Shown piece by piece: positions 1 to 11,156 of a stretch of DNA of 64,000 nucleotides. Origin of the DNA: Alphaproteobacteria bacterium. Its GTDB lineage: Bacteria; Pseudomonadota; Alphaproteobacteria; SP197. The notes beneath the pieces were generated by a model that was not told the DNA's origin, searched no databases, and saw nothing but the letters and a program-made list of their open reading frames with translations. The position numbers and the translations under genes were made by a program. The DNA lies in NCBI GenBank assembly GCA_964291265.2, contig OZ219747.1:2112001-2176000 (forward strand), in the 5' to 3' direction. How positions within the stretch are numbered: position 1 is the stretch's first letter; each line of letters opens with the position of its first letter.

Positions 1-2
1 AA

Positions 3-2006
3 CTCGAACGCCTGACTGTGGGTGTTGATGGCGACGAAGACCTTGCCGATACGGTCCCCGAAGAGGAGGACGGAGACGATCCTGGCGATGCACGGGAAGC
101 GGACCAGTCGGAACGCGACCTTGCCGAATTGATGGAGACTGCCACCGCGGCGACGAGCGATGGCCGCGACGAGAACTTGAGAGCGGCCCTGACGGCGGAA
201 CTCCGGAGTGTCGACGCGATGGCAAGCATTGCCGAGACGGCCCGCTACGATCCCGATCCACGCGCCGAAGCCATCATCAGGTGGATCGACGAGAACATGT
301 GTCCGGTCCTGTCGTTCGAGCGCTCGACACCCGCTCGATGGAACGAGCGACGCCTGCTTGTCTTCACGGAGTACGAAGATACGAGGCGCTGGCTGCAACG
401 CTGCCTGGAAGAAGCGATCGAGCATTCCGATCAGGCTTCCGAGCGGATAGCGGCCTTCACCGGAAGAACGTCCCGCCAGAGACGCGAAGACATCAAGCAT
501 GCCTTCAACACCGAACCCGACAGTTATCCGCTTCGCATCCTGATCGCCACCGACGCGGCACGGGAGGGACTCAACCTGCAGCGTCACTGTCACGACCTCT
601 TCCACTTCGACCTCCCCTGGAATCCCAGCCGTCTGGATCAGCGCAACGGCCGCATCGATCGCAAGCTCCAGCCCGCAGACGAGGTGGTCTGCCGCTACTT
701 TGTCTTCCGCCAGCGCCCGGAGGACCGGGTGCTTCAGGTCCTGGTCGAGAAGGTCGAGCGCATTCGCGAGGAACTCGGGAGTGTCGCAAGGGTGGTGGAG
801 AACCGCATCGCTAGCTCGATTGGTCGAGAGGGCATGCGGCGTGACGCCCTCGATGCCCTCACCATCTCCATCAGATCGGCCAGGGCCGACAAGCACCGCA
901 GGACTGTTGAAGAGGAACTCGAATCGTCCCGTCGACGTCAGGATGTCTTGCGCGAGGAGATCGACAGACTGCGAAACGGTCTGGATCGATCACGCAGGCA
1001 CATCGGCATCACCGCAGAGCAGTTCCGTAACACCCTTTCCATGGGCCTGCGGCTCGCACGTGCGCCTGGTATCAGGGAACTGGACGCAGAAACGTCGGAG
1101 GATGCGCCGCAGCAGTTCACGTTTCCCGCCGAAGACGATGCCCTTGTCAGGGATGCGGGGTGGGCTGCGGCCCTTGATTCCCTGCGGGCGCGAAGACAGA
1201 AAGGAGAGACCCTGGGCGAATGGCGCCACCGTGCCGCCATCAGGCCCGTCGTCTTCGAGGACGTCGGTGGTCTGGGTGACGATGCCGTTCACCTGCACCT
1301 CGAGCACCGTGTGGCGAAGCGTCTTCTCGGGCTCTTCACGTCACAGGGCCTGATCCATCACGATCTCTCCAAGGCGTGTCTCACCTCGACCTCCGATTCG
1401 ATCCCGCGCGTGCTGTTGCTTGGCCGCCTCGCTGTCTACGGGCCAAGGGCCGCGCGTCTGCATGAAGAGATCATCGCGGTCGCGGCACGCTGGATCGAGC
1501 CCGATCGGCGTCGCGGCGCTCTCGAGGTCTATGGCCGGACAGGCGAACGGACAACACTTGCCTCCTTGCAATCGGCGCTCGATGAGGTCGGACGATCGCG
1601 GGTACCGGAGAAGGTGAGCGAACGCTTGAAGGAAGCGGCGGCCCGCGACATCAAGGACCTTCTGCCGCACCTTGAACGCCGGGCACGTGAACACGAGGAC
1701 ACGGCCCGGGAACGCCTTGGCAAGCGTTCCGAGGTCGAGCAGAAGGCCATGGTCGAGTTGCTCGAGCGTCAACGTGAACGGATTGCCAGGGCTGCCAAGG
1801 CTGCACACGAGGATGAGCCCCAGTTCGATTTCAATGACGCCGAGCAACGCCAACGTCAGGCGGACCTGCGCGCCTGGCAGCGGCGTCTCGAGGAGATCGA
1901 AAGGGAACGCGTGTCGGAGCCGGGACGGATTGCAGAGTCATTCGGGGTCCAGGCATCCAGATTGGATCCGATCGGCCTCGTCTACCTGTGGCCCAGGTCG
2001 GGATGA
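3..2006 (+). CDS. drmD: DISARM SNF2-like helicase DrmD, C-terminal part (5' end outside window)
   Basis: Frame open from window start. HELICc motifs LVFTEYEDT, ILIATDAAREGLNLQ, HFDLPWNPSRLDQRNGRIDR; C-term PIGLVYLWP. ATGA overlap with the following methyltransferase. Confidence 0.85.
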   Translation, partial: LERLTVGVDGDEDLADTVPEEEDGDDPGDAREADQSERDLAELMETATAATSDGRDENLRAALTAELRSVDAMASIAETARYDPDPRAEAIIRWIDENMCPVLSFERSTPARWNERRLLVFTEYEDTRRWLQRCLEEAIEHSDQASERIAAFTGRTSRQRREDIKHAFNTEPDSYPLRILIATDAAREGLNLQRHCHDLFHFDLPWNPSRLDQRNGRIDRKLQPADEVVCRYFVFRQRPEDRVLQVLVEKVERIREELGSVARVVENRIASSIGREGMRRDALDALTISIRSARADKHRRTVEEELESSRRRQDVLREEIDRLRNGLDRSRRHIGITAEQFRNTLSMGLRLARAPGIRELDAETSEDAPQQFTFPAEDDALVRDAGWAAALDSLRARRQKGETLGEWRHRAAIRPVVFEDVGGLGDDAVHLHLEHRVAKRLLGLFTSQGLIHHDLSKACLTSTSDSIPRVLLLGRLAVYGPRAARLHEEIIAVAARWIEPDRRRGALEVYGRTGERTTLASLQSALDEVGRSRVPEKVSERLKEAAARDIKDLLPHLERRAREHEDTARERLGKRSEVEQKAMVELLERQRERIARAAKAAHEDEPQFDFNDAEQRQRQADLRAWQRRLEEIERERVSEPGRIAESFGVQASRLDPIGLVYLWPRSG

Positions 2007-5000
2007 GCATGGACCGACAGCATCGGGCCCTTGTCTTCGCCCACCAGGAGTGGCTCGGGTTCGTTCAGCCCACGGGACTCGTCGTCGCTCCGTTCGTGAT
2101 GGTGGACGCTCTGGTGGTCCCCGATCGAAACATGATGGGGCGCCAGCGGGAGTTTCGCGACCTTCTTGAAGAGACCGGAGAAGGCGCCTCGGCCGGATTT
2201 CGGGCTCCCGATCTGCGTCGGCTCTTCCTGGAGTATCTCCGGTGGGAAGAGAGCGATCTCATTGACGCAACCCAGCACCGCGACACCCTCGAGATTGCCT
2301 TGCCGGATTTGCAGGCCGTGCTCTCCCCGACATGGGCCGTCCCCGGGGGTGCGGCCGACGATGCCAACCAGATCATGCTGATCGGCGTCGAGGACGCCGG
2401 CGCGGATCTCGACAGGCCTGCGGACGACAGCGACGGATGGAACGCGTCACGGCACGCCCGGTTCGAACGCCTGCTGCGAGAGACAGGGATTCCAATCGGG
2501 CTGCTCGCAACGGATGAACGGGTCCGCCTCGTCTACGCTCCGAAGGGTGAAACGTCGGGACATCTCGATTTCGACTTGTCAGCCATGGCGCAACCGGCGG
2601 GACGGCCGATCCTTGCGGCCTTCGACATGCTGCTGTGTGCCGACTCTCTCTTCAGTGGTCCCGAGATATCACGATTGCCGGCACTTCTTGCAGCAAGCCG
2701 GGATGCCCAGGCCGGAGTTTCCACCAAGCTCGCCCGCCAGGTGCTGGCGGCGCTCTACGAGCTGCTTCGCGGGTTTGTTGCGGCGGACGCGCGACGCGAC
2801 TCGCCAAGCCGGCCCTCCCCCGACGAACTCTACGGTGGTCTTGTCACAACGCTCATGCGTCTGGTCTTCATTCTCTATGCCGAAGACCGCGGGCTCATGC
2901 CCGATCATCGTGTCTACCAGCAGCACTACTCCCTGGGCGGCCTCTTCTCCCGGTTGCGCGCCGATGCCGCGGCCTGGCCCGATACGATGGATCAGCGGTT
3001 TGGCGCCTGGGCGCAGTTGCTGTCCCTCTTCCGGCTGATCCACGGCGGCGGCGGACACGGCGATCTTTCCTTCGTCGCGCGCCGCGGCGCCCTCTTCGAC
3101 CCCCACCGCTTCGGGTTTCTCGAGGGACGCCATGGAGACGATGAACCCTCGATTCCGTTGGTGCCGGACGGATGTGTCTGGAAGGTCCTTCGATCGCTGA
3201 TGATGCTGGACGGGGAGCGCCTCTCCTATCGCACTCTTGATGTCGAGCAGATCGGTTCGGTCTACGAGGCGATCATGGGTTTCCGTGTCGAGACCACCAC
3301 GGGTCGCTCGATCGCCGTCGCCTCCCCAAAGGCGACGGGCGCCGCCGTCGTCGTCGACCTCGATCATCTGATCGGACTCGATGGAGCAAAGCGAGCGACG
3401 GCTCTTCGGGACGCAACGGCCCGAAAACTGCCGGACAAGGCGACAAGGACCCTGCGTCAGGCATCGACGATTCCTGACCTGGTCGCAGCCCTTGATCGCA
3501 TCATCGATCGGGACGCGACCCCCGATGTCGTGCCCATCGGCACTCCCGTGTTGCAGCCCTCCGATGAGCGTCGGCGTTCAGGGAGTCACTACACGCCCCG
3601 TTCCCTCACCGAACCGATCGTGAAGGAGGCCCTGCGTCCGGTTCTCGCCCGCCTGGGTCCTGAGGCGCGGCCAGAGGAAATCCTCGACCTCAAGGTCCTC
3701 GATCCCGCAACGGGGTCCGCGGCCTTTCTTGTCGAGACCTGCCGCCAGTTGTCGGTGCGCCTGGTCGAAGCCTGGGGCCGTCATGGCGCTCCGCAGGATC
3801 TCGGCGCGGATGAGGATCAGTTGCTGCACGCGAGGCGTCTCGTCGCTCAACGCTGCCTCTATGGTGTTGACCGCAACGCCATGGCCATCGACCTCGGTCG
3901 ACTTGCCCTGTGGCTCGTCACGTTGTCAAGGGACCACGAGTTCATCTTTGTCGACCACGCACTGCGTCACGGCGACTCGCTGGTCGGCCTCAGTCGGCAA
4001 CAGATCGAAGGATTCAGCTGGGACGCCGATGCGAAGCATTTCCAGTTCGGGACGGATCCGTTGCAGATCGAGAAGCGTCTGGAGCGGGTCGCGGAGACAC
4101 GCAATCTCATCCGCGACATCGGAGATCAGGCGGGTGAAGAGGAATTGCGGGACCTTCTCGACGAGGTCGAAGAGGAACTCTCGGACATCAACCTGACGGC
4201 AGCCCTGGTCCTGGCGGCCTTCTTCGCAGCACACAAGCCAAGGGAACGCGAGGAACTCCGCCTGGCGTTCGGCGACATGCGTTTCGCCGACCACTGGCGC
4301 GAGCAGATATCGCAAGTGGTCAGTGAGCGCCTGGCACTGACGCCGCACTTGTCACTGACGCCGTTTCACTGGGAACTCGAGTTCCCCGAGGTCTTCGACC
4401 GCGACAATCCGGGTTTCGACGTCATCGTCGGCAACCCACCCTTTGCCGGCAAGAACACGCTGATCGCCGGCAATCCCGATGCCTACCTCGACTGGCTCAA
4501 GCACAAGCACCGAGGAAGCCACGGGAACGCGGATCTCGCCGCTCATTTCTTCCGCCACGCCTTCGGTCTTCTGCGCCAAGGCGGCGCCCTCGGGCTCATC
4601 GCCACCAACACCATCGGTCAGGGCGACACGCGTTCAACAGGTCTGCGCTGGATCTGCAAGAATGGCGGGGAGATCTACCGCGTCCAGAAGCGGCTCAAGT
4701 GGCCGGGCGAGGCCGCCGTCGTGGTCAGCGTGGTCCACATCATCAAGGAAGGGAACGTGAGTTCCCGATCCATCGACGAACGGGAGGTCGAGTCCGTTTC
4801 GGCGTTCCTTGCACCGGGGAGTTGGCATGACGATCCGGTACGGCTGGAAGCTAATGCCGACAAGAGCTTCGTCGGAAGTTATGTTCTCGGCATGGGCTTC
4901 ACGTTTGACGACACGGACACGAAGGGAATGGCGTCATCACTGTCGGACATGGAGCGGTTGATCGAAGACGATCCGAGCAACGCCGATGTCATCTTCCCCT

Positions 5001-5977
5001 ATATCGGCGGCGAGGAGGTCAATACCAGCCCGACCCACGCCTACCATCGCCATGTCATCAACTTCCGCAACTGGCCGCTGCGGCGCATGAATCTCGGGAG
5101 AACATGGCGGTGGGCAGACGCGGATGCCAAGCGGGATTGGCTCCGCTCGGGAACCGTGCCGCTGGACTATCCTGAGCCAGTGGCAGCGGATTGGCCCGAG
5201 TTGCTGGCGATTGTCCAGGAGAGGGTGAAGCCGGCCCGCGCACATCTCACGACGAACGCCATCGGGCGAAAACGAGCCGACTTCTGGTGGCGGTACGGTT
5301 CTTCTGCTGGCGAACTGTACGCCGCCATCAAAGACATGAACCGTGTGCTGGCGATCTCCAGAGTAGGACAGCATGCGGCCTTCACCTTCTTGCCTGGAAG
5401 GTTGGTCTATGCCGAGTCCATGATCGTCTTCCCCTTCGACACCGTCGCCGCCTTCTGCGCCCTGCAATCCCGGCTCCACGAAACCTGGGCCCGCTTCTTC
5501 GGTTCGTCCATGAAGGACGATCTCCGCTACACCCCCTCCGACTGCTTCGAGACCTTTCCCTTCCCCGAAGGCAGGGAAACTCACCCCGCCCTTGAGGAGG
5601 CAGGAGAAGCCTACTACGAGTTTCGGGCCGCGCTGATGGTCGAGAACAACGAAGGTCTCACCAGGACCTACAACCGTTTCCACGACCCGGACGAACGCGA
5701 CCCTCGGATCGAAGAACTGCGTCGGCTTCATGCAGTGATGGACCGTGCCGTGCTGGACGCCTACGGTTGGCGCAACATCCCGACGGAGTGCGAGTTTCTG
5801 CTGGATTACGAGATCGACGAAGAGACCTGGGGCAGGAAGAAGAAGCCCTGGCGGTATCGCTGGCCCGACGAGGTCCGGGACGAGGTCCTGGGTCGGCTGC
5901 TGGCGCTCAACGCCGAGCGGGCCGACGAAGAACAGGCGGATTCGGAATCAGCAACCGACCCCCGGAGGAAATCGTGA
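2003..5977 (+). CDS. drmMI: DISARM N6-adenine DNA methyltransferase DrmMI (Type IIG/MmeI-like architecture)
   Basis: GSHYTP, VLDPATGSAAFL (SAM binding), VIVGNPPF (catalytic). ATG 2003 overlaps the drmD stop. Position in operon. Confidence 0.85.
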   Translation: MSMDRQHRALVFAHQEWLGFVQPTGLVVAPFVMVDALVVPDRNMMGRQREFRDLLEETGEGASAGFRAPDLRRLFLEYLRWEESDLIDATQHRDTLEIALPDLQAVLSPTWAVPGGAADDANQIMLIGVEDAGADLDRPADDSDGWNASRHARFERLLRETGIPIGLLATDERVRLVYAPKGETSGHLDFDLSAMAQPAGRPILAAFDMLLCADSLFSGPEISRLPALLAASRDAQAGVSTKLARQVLAALYELLRGFVAADARRDSPSRPSPDELYGGLVTTLMRLVFILYAEDRGLMPDHRVYQQHYSLGGLFSRLRADAAAWPDTMDQRFGAWAQLLSLFRLIHGGGGHGDLSFVARRGALFDPHRFGFLEGRHGDDEPSIPLVPDGCVWKVLRSLMMLDGERLSYRTLDVEQIGSVYEAIMGFRVETTTGRSIAVASPKATGAAVVVDLDHLIGLDGAKRATALRDATARKLPDKATRTLRQASTIPDLVAALDRIIDRDATPDVVPIGTPVLQPSDERRRSGSHYTPRSLTEPIVKEALRPVLARLGPEARPEEILDLKVLDPATGSAAFLVETCRQLSVRLVEAWGRHGAPQDLGADEDQLLHARRLVAQRCLYGVDRNAMAIDLGRLALWLVTLSRDHEFIFVDHALRHGDSLVGLSRQQIEGFSWDADAKHFQFGTDPLQIEKRLERVAETRNLIRDIGDQAGEEELRDLLDEVEEELSDINLTAALVLAAFFAAHKPREREELRLAFGDMRFADHWREQISQVVSERLALTPHLSLTPFHWELEFPEVFDRDNPGFDVIVGNPPFAGKNTLIAGNPDAYLDWLKHKHRGSHGNADLAAHFFRHAFGLLRQGGALGLIATNTIGQGDTRSTGLRWICKNGGEIYRVQKRLKWPGEAAVVVSVVHIIKEGNVSSRSIDEREVESVSAFLAPGSWHDDPVRLEANADKSFVGSYVLGMGFTFDDTDTKGMASSLSDMERLIEDDPSNADVIFPYIGGEEVNTSPTHAYHRHVINFRNWPLRRMNLGRTWRWADADAKRDWLRSGTVPLDYPEPVAADWPELLAIVQERVKPARAHLTTNAIGRKRADFWWRYGSSAGELYAAIKDMNRVLAISRVGQHAAFTFLPGRLVYAESMIVFPFDTVAAFCALQSRLHETWARFFGSSMKDDLRYTPSDCFETFPFPEGRETHPALEEAGEAYYEFRAALMVENNEGLTRTYNRFHDPDERDPRIEELRRLHAVMDRAVLDAYGWRNIPTECEFLLDYEIDEETWGRKKKPWRYRWPDEVRDEVLGRLLALNAERADEEQADSESATDPRRKS

Positions 5978-8900
5978 TCCAGTCTCCCGCGCCTTCCGTG
6001 ACCGACAGCGCAGCGGTCCGCGATTACATCATCGATGCCCTGTGCCTCGATCTTGTCGGTCCCGGACCGGACGATGCCCGGTATCACCAGGAACGTCTCT
6101 CCCGTGCGCCGTCATTGTGGTACCTGACAGGGTTTCTTGTGCCGACCGACGCACCGGAGTCCCAGCGCGCCCAGGACGCCGAAGAGGAGCTCGACGAGCC
6201 AACCGATCCGGTGGAGGGAAGCGATGATGCGACCACGCCGGAACGCGGCACGACCAAGCGGGTCCATTTTCCCTCGTCAATGGGCCTGAGCGTCCTGGTC
6301 GAGGAAGATTGTCAAAGCCTCGACGTGACGGTGTCCTGGGGCGACTATCATCCGGACAAGACCGATGCGGTCGGCGCCGAGGGAGATGGCGATGACGCGG
6401 CAGGGCGGCGCTATCGCTACGCCGGGTGGACGCGTGTGCCGCGCGAGGAAAGCCTTCGTGTCGATCTCGCTTCCCTTCGGAACGGTGAGCAGGCCTCCCA
6501 TGACATTCCAGGGAGCGGCGGCCTCCAGGTGGTCTGCCTGGCGCGGACCACTCAGGTTCGAGACGCCAGTGGTCAACGGGCCGCTCGTGCGCTGTCGGTT
6601 TTTGTCGTCAACCGCCGACATCCGGCGGGCGACGATGATCTTCAGGACACGGCTTACGCCTTTCAGGTTGCCCTGTGTGTCGAAGCTGACCAACCCTTCA
6701 TCCCGCGGTTCGACCCGCGTGGTCTGGAGAGCCGGGACTGGGATGAACGCCTCGCCGATCTGCACTTCCACGACACGGCTGAGTTTGCTGTCGGTCACAA
6801 CGTCTCCGTCCGGGCCGAGGTGACGGGCGATGTGTGCCGTCAAGTCCACAGCGAATGGATGCCCCGTGCTGCCGTGGAGCGGGTCGAACCCCGCGACATC
6901 ACCGATGTCGAACTCTCCATGGAATCACTCGACTCCCTGCAGGATGTGAAGTCCGCAAGGAAGTCGCTCATGCCCCTGATCACGGCCTATCGGGACTGGA
7001 TCGATGAGCAGAACCAGGCTACCCAGGCCTTCACCGGGCGACGGCGCGAGGTCGCCGACGAGCTGGTCAGTCGCGCGAAGGGTGTGGCGCACCGATTGGA
7101 AGGCGGTGTCGACTGTCTGAATGATCCGGACGTGCTGGAGGCATTCCGCATGGCCAACAGGGCCATGGCCCGTGCGGCACGCAGACGGGAAGCCCAGAAG
7201 CCCGGCGTTTCCTCGCCGTCGGCAGCGCCCCCACCGCAGTGGCGCCCTTTCCAGCTCGCCTACATCCTGATGAACCTTCGAGGGATCGCTGAACCCACAC
7301 ACCTCGAAAGGGAATTCGTCGACCTTCTCTTCTTCCCCACAGGCGGCGGCAAGACCGAAGCCTATCTTGGCCTCGCCGCCTTCACCCTTGTCCTGCGCAG
7401 ACTGCGGGACCCGGACCCTGTGCATCGCGGGCTGTCGGTTCTCATGCGCTACACGCTTCGTCTGCTGACTCTCGATCAGCTTGGCCGTGCCGCTGCACTC
7501 ATCTGTGCCCTTGAACTGGAAAGGGAGAGCAACCCGGGGCGTCTTGGCTCCTGGCCCTTCGAGATCGCGCTCTGGGTGGGCCGCGCGGCAACCCCCAACC
7601 ACATGGGCAAGAAGGGTGATCCGTCCAAAAGGACGGCGATATGGAAGATACGGGACTATAAGAAAGACTCTGCACGCGAACCACCGCTGCCCCTTGAACA
7701 GTGTCCTTGGTGCGCCACCAGATTTGACAAGAGTTCCTACCACCTCCATCCCGACACCAATCGGCCGACCAACCTTCATGTCTATTGTGCCAGCAGGAGT
7801 TGCGACTTCTCGAGCAGACCCCTTCCCATTGTCGCCGTCGACGAACCGATCTATGAACGTCTGCCGGCGTTCATGATCGCTACGGCCGACAAGTTTGCCG
7901 CCATGCCGTGGACCGGCGAGACGGCACGCTTCTTCCGTGGCGGTGATGCCGACAATCCCCGCCCGCCCGATCTCATCATCCAGGATGAACTTCACCTGAT
8001 TTCGGGACCCCTCGGCACCATGGCGGGTCTCTACGAAACAGCGATCGATCATCTCTGCCAGCGTCGGATCGGTGACAAGGTCGTGCGCCCGAAGATCATC
8101 GCCTCCACGGCCACGGTGCGCCTCGCCGAAAAACAGATCCGCGCACTCTTCGGTCGTTCCACGGTATCGGTCTTCCCGGCGCCGGGCCTTGACCGCAGGG
8201 ATTCCTTCTTCGCGAAACAGGCATCCCGCGAGGAAGTCAACCCGCGGCTCTATCTTGGCATCGCCGCTCCAGGAAGGGGATCCAAGGTGATCTTCCTGCG
8301 ATGCGCCATCACGGTCATGGCGGCAGCCCAGGCCGCATGGGATGCGGCATCGACCAGCGGTCGCGCCAACCCGGCCGATCCCTACATGACGGTCGTGGCC
8401 TACTTCAACGCCCTCAGGGAACTCGGCAGTGCGCGGCGCATTGTCGAGGATGAGATCAATTCCCGACTGCGGACCTATGGCAAACTCCGCATGCGTCCTG
8501 ATGAAACACCCGGACTCTTTGCCAACCGCACAGCTGCCCTGGAACCCGTCGAGTTGACATCGCGGGTGACGACCAGCGAAGTCGCGGATGCCAAGAGGCG
8601 CCTGGCCCTGGACTTCAGCAACAATGAGCGGGTCGATGTGGCCCTCGCCACCAACATGATCTCGGTTGGTCTCGACATCACGCGTCTTGGACTGATGCTT
8701 GTCTCGGGCCAACCGAAGACGACGGCCGAGTACATCCAGGCGACAAGCCGGGTTGGGCGTGATGCAGATAGTCCGGGACTGGTGATCACCTTGCTGAATG
8801 TGCACAAGCCCCGCGACAGATCGCATTACGAGCATTTTTCTGCCTGGCACGAGAGCTTCTACCGCAGTGTTGAGGCAACCAGTGTCACGCCCTTTTCGCC

Positions 8901-9348
8901 CAGGGCCATGGACAGAGGCCTGCCCGCAGTCGCGGTTGCCCTGGCACGACTTGGCATTCCAGGCCTGAACTCGAATAGAGACGCGGGATTGGTCGAGCGG
9001 TATGCGACGGAAACCACCGCCCTGGCCGACGCAGTGGGCGAACGCGCCAGGGTTCATGCCGATGGCCTTCCAGGTGACTTCGGTCCGCACGTCCGGGATC
9101 GTGTGCAGAGCCTGTTCGACGATTGGGCGAAGCTTGCCGACACGGTTCAACAGGGCGGTGTGTCCCTGCACTACACAGCGGAACGCGGCAAGGGAGATGC
9201 GACACGCCTCTTGCGTGAGATGATCGATCCCGACCGCGGCGTGATCAGCGAAGACCGTTTCCGGTTCCGTTCACCACGCTCCCTGCGCGACGTGGAGCCA
9301 GGAGTGCTTCTCGGGGTCAAGTCACCGGACGGCAAAGACATCAAGTAG
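5974..9348 (+). CDS. drmA: DISARM SF2 helicase DrmA
   Basis: FFPTGGGKTEAY (Walker A), YTLRLLT, IIQDELHLI, ASTAT, TNMISVGLDI, EYIQATSRVGR. GGAGGA RBS; GTG 5974 overlaps the upstream stop. Confidence 0.9.
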   Translation: MIQSPAPSVTDSAAVRDYIIDALCLDLVGPGPDDARYHQERLSRAPSLWYLTGFLVPTDAPESQRAQDAEEELDEPTDPVEGSDDATTPERGTTKRVHFPSSMGLSVLVEEDCQSLDVTVSWGDYHPDKTDAVGAEGDGDDAAGRRYRYAGWTRVPREESLRVDLASLRNGEQASHDIPGSGGLQVVCLARTTQVRDASGQRAARALSVFVVNRRHPAGDDDLQDTAYAFQVALCVEADQPFIPRFDPRGLESRDWDERLADLHFHDTAEFAVGHNVSVRAEVTGDVCRQVHSEWMPRAAVERVEPRDITDVELSMESLDSLQDVKSARKSLMPLITAYRDWIDEQNQATQAFTGRRREVADELVSRAKGVAHRLEGGVDCLNDPDVLEAFRMANRAMARAARRREAQKPGVSSPSAAPPPQWRPFQLAYILMNLRGIAEPTHLEREFVDLLFFPTGGGKTEAYLGLAAFTLVLRRLRDPDPVHRGLSVLMRYTLRLLTLDQLGRAAALICALELERESNPGRLGSWPFEIALWVGRAATPNHMGKKGDPSKRTAIWKIRDYKKDSAREPPLPLEQCPWCATRFDKSSYHLHPDTNRPTNLHVYCASRSCDFSSRPLPIVAVDEPIYERLPAFMIATADKFAAMPWTGETARFFRGGDADNPRPPDLIIQDELHLISGPLGTMAGLYETAIDHLCQRRIGDKVVRPKIIASTATVRLAEKQIRALFGRSTVSVFPAPGLDRRDSFFAKQASREEVNPRLYLGIAAPGRGSKVIFLRCAITVMAAAQAAWDAASTSGRANPADPYMTVVAYFNALRELGSARRIVEDEINSRLRTYGKLRMRPDETPGLFANRTAALEPVELTSRVTTSEVADAKRRLALDFSNNERVDVALATNMISVGLDITRLGLMLVSGQPKTTAEYIQATSRVGRDADSPGLVITLLNVHKPRDRSHYEHFSAWHESFYRSVEATSVTPFSPRAMDRGLPAVAVALARLGIPGLNSNRDAGLVERYATETTALADAVGERARVHADGLPGDFGPHVRDRVQSLFDDWAKLADTVQQGGVSLHYTAERGKGDATRLLREMIDPDRGVISEDRFRFRSPRSLRDVEPGVLLGVKSPDGKDIK

Positions 9349-9353
9349 ACATC

Positions 9354-11156
9354 ATGACCGACAACATCCTTCGCCAAAGCCAGCTCGTCACAACCTATGG
9401 TCCGGGCGCCATGGTCGATCTGCCAGAGTATTCGGTGGTCGTGTCCAGCCTCGAACAATGGTCCGCGCTCAGACGGGAAAAAATCGATGAACCTCGCCTC
9501 GTTGCCAAGCTGAAACGCTTGTTGAACGTACCAGCGCTGGTCCTTCAGTCACCTCCTCGCCATGAAGATGTCGTAAGGGACAAGAAGAGCCCGGTAGGCG
9601 CCCGCATCTTTCCGACATGGTTCATCGTGAAGGATGTCGTGACCTCGACAACCAATCCGCAGTGGCGCCGACGTCGGCTGGTGAGGTGGAACGATCTGGA
9701 GAGGGGACAATACCGCAACGAGGAGGGCAAGCGCAGGCCGGTTGTTCCGGTGCGGTTCGTCTGTGGATGCCGCAAGGGCCATATCGACGATCTGGACTGG
9801 CGGCGGTTTGTCCACCGTGATGGAAAGTGCGCACGGCCCATGTGGCTTGAAGAACGCGGAACCGGAGCTGATATCGGAGATGCGTTCGCCGTCTGCGAGT
9901 GTGGCAAAGAGCGCTCACTCTATGAAGCTTCCATGCCGGGTACCGAAGCTCTCGGCCCCTGCGAGGGCAAGAGACCATGGATTGGTCAGTATGCCAGGGA
10001 AGCCTGCGGTGAACCCTATCGCCTCCTGGTACGCACGGCGAGCAACGCCTACTTCCCGCAGACGATGCGTGTCATCTCACTTCCCGAACACGATGTTGGC
10101 CTCGCCTCGATGGTGTCCCCTTATCTTGATCACCTGAAAACGGCTGACGACCTCAACATGCTTACAGATTTCCGGAAGATACGGGACCTCGATGCGGCGT
10201 TCGCCAACATCGATGATGATGTCGTGATCGCCGAGTACCGGCGTCAGCTTCGCAGTGGCGATGAAGACGACATTCCGGTCAAGGCCGCCGAGTTCGACGT
10301 GCTGAACAACGGGTCCACAACCATCGGACACGATGACCCGCATTCAACGTTCCACGCCGAGACGCTCCCCCGAGGAGACTGGGACCCGGGCGGTATCCCA
10401 ACCCTCGCAGATATCGACAAGCTCGTCCTGGTTCACCGACTGCGAGAGGTCGTGGCTCTGATCGGGTTCACACGTTTCGAGGCCGTCAATCCGGACAAGG
10501 ACGGTGAACTCGACATCGGTGTGGCAAGAGCGGCGTTGGCAGAGACAATCGAGTGGCTCCCTGCCATCGAAAATCGCGGTGAAGGTGTTTTCATCTCCTT
10601 TTGTCAGGCCGCTATCGAGAAATGGCTGGCGCTACCCGGTGTCCAGAAGCGAGGACAGGAGATTGAAAGTGGGTGGAGAGCATGGGCCAGGGAACATCAC
10701 CGTTCCGTCGAGGACTTTCCCGGTCTTGCCTATGTGATGCTGCATTCGCTTTCCCACATGCTGTTGACGTCCATCGCCCTCGATTGCGGGTACCCCGCGA
10801 GCTCCTTGCGTGAACGTGTCTATGCCGGCGAAAATGGATACGGCATCCTGATCTATACAGGCTCGTCAGATGCCGAAGGCACGCTCGGTGGTCTGGTCGA
10901 GGCAGGTCGACGCATCGACATCCATATGCACGCTGCACTCGAGAAGGGCCGTCTGTGCTCGAATGATCCAGTGTGTGCTGAACATCGCCCCGACTCCCGA
11001 CTCGAAGGGCGCATGCTGCAGGGAGCCGCCTGCCACGGCTGTCTTCTCATAGCCGAAACAAGCTGCGAGCAACGCAATGACTTTCTGGACCGGGCCCTCG
11101 TGGTGCCGACAGTCAGTGTCCAGGACGCCGCCTTCTTTGATCGCAACAATCCGTGA
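9354..11156 (+). CDS. drmB: DISARM DUF1998 protein DrmB
   Basis: N-term RQSQLVTTYGPGAMVDLP; C-term HSLSHML...CSNDPVC...GAACHGCLLIAETSCE Cys cluster. Confidence 0.9.
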   Translation: MTDNILRQSQLVTTYGPGAMVDLPEYSVVVSSLEQWSALRREKIDEPRLVAKLKRLLNVPALVLQSPPRHEDVVRDKKSPVGARIFPTWFIVKDVVTSTTNPQWRRRRLVRWNDLERGQYRNEEGKRRPVVPVRFVCGCRKGHIDDLDWRRFVHRDGKCARPMWLEERGTGADIGDAFAVCECGKERSLYEASMPGTEALGPCEGKRPWIGQYAREACGEPYRLLVRTASNAYFPQTMRVISLPEHDVGLASMVSPYLDHLKTADDLNMLTDFRKIRDLDAAFANIDDDVVIAEYRRQLRSGDEDDIPVKAAEFDVLNNGSTTIGHDDPHSTFHAETLPRGDWDPGGIPTLADIDKLVLVHRLREVVALIGFTRFEAVNPDKDGELDIGVARAALAETIEWLPAIENRGEGVFISFCQAAIEKWLALPGVQKRGQEIESGWRAWAREHHRSVEDFPGLAYVMLHSLSHMLLTSIALDCGYPASSLRERVYAGENGYGILIYTGSSDAEGTLGGLVEAGRRIDIHMHAALEKGRLCSNDPVCAEHRPDSRLEGRMLQGAACHGCLLIAETSCEQRNDFLDRALVVPTVSVQDAAFFDRNNP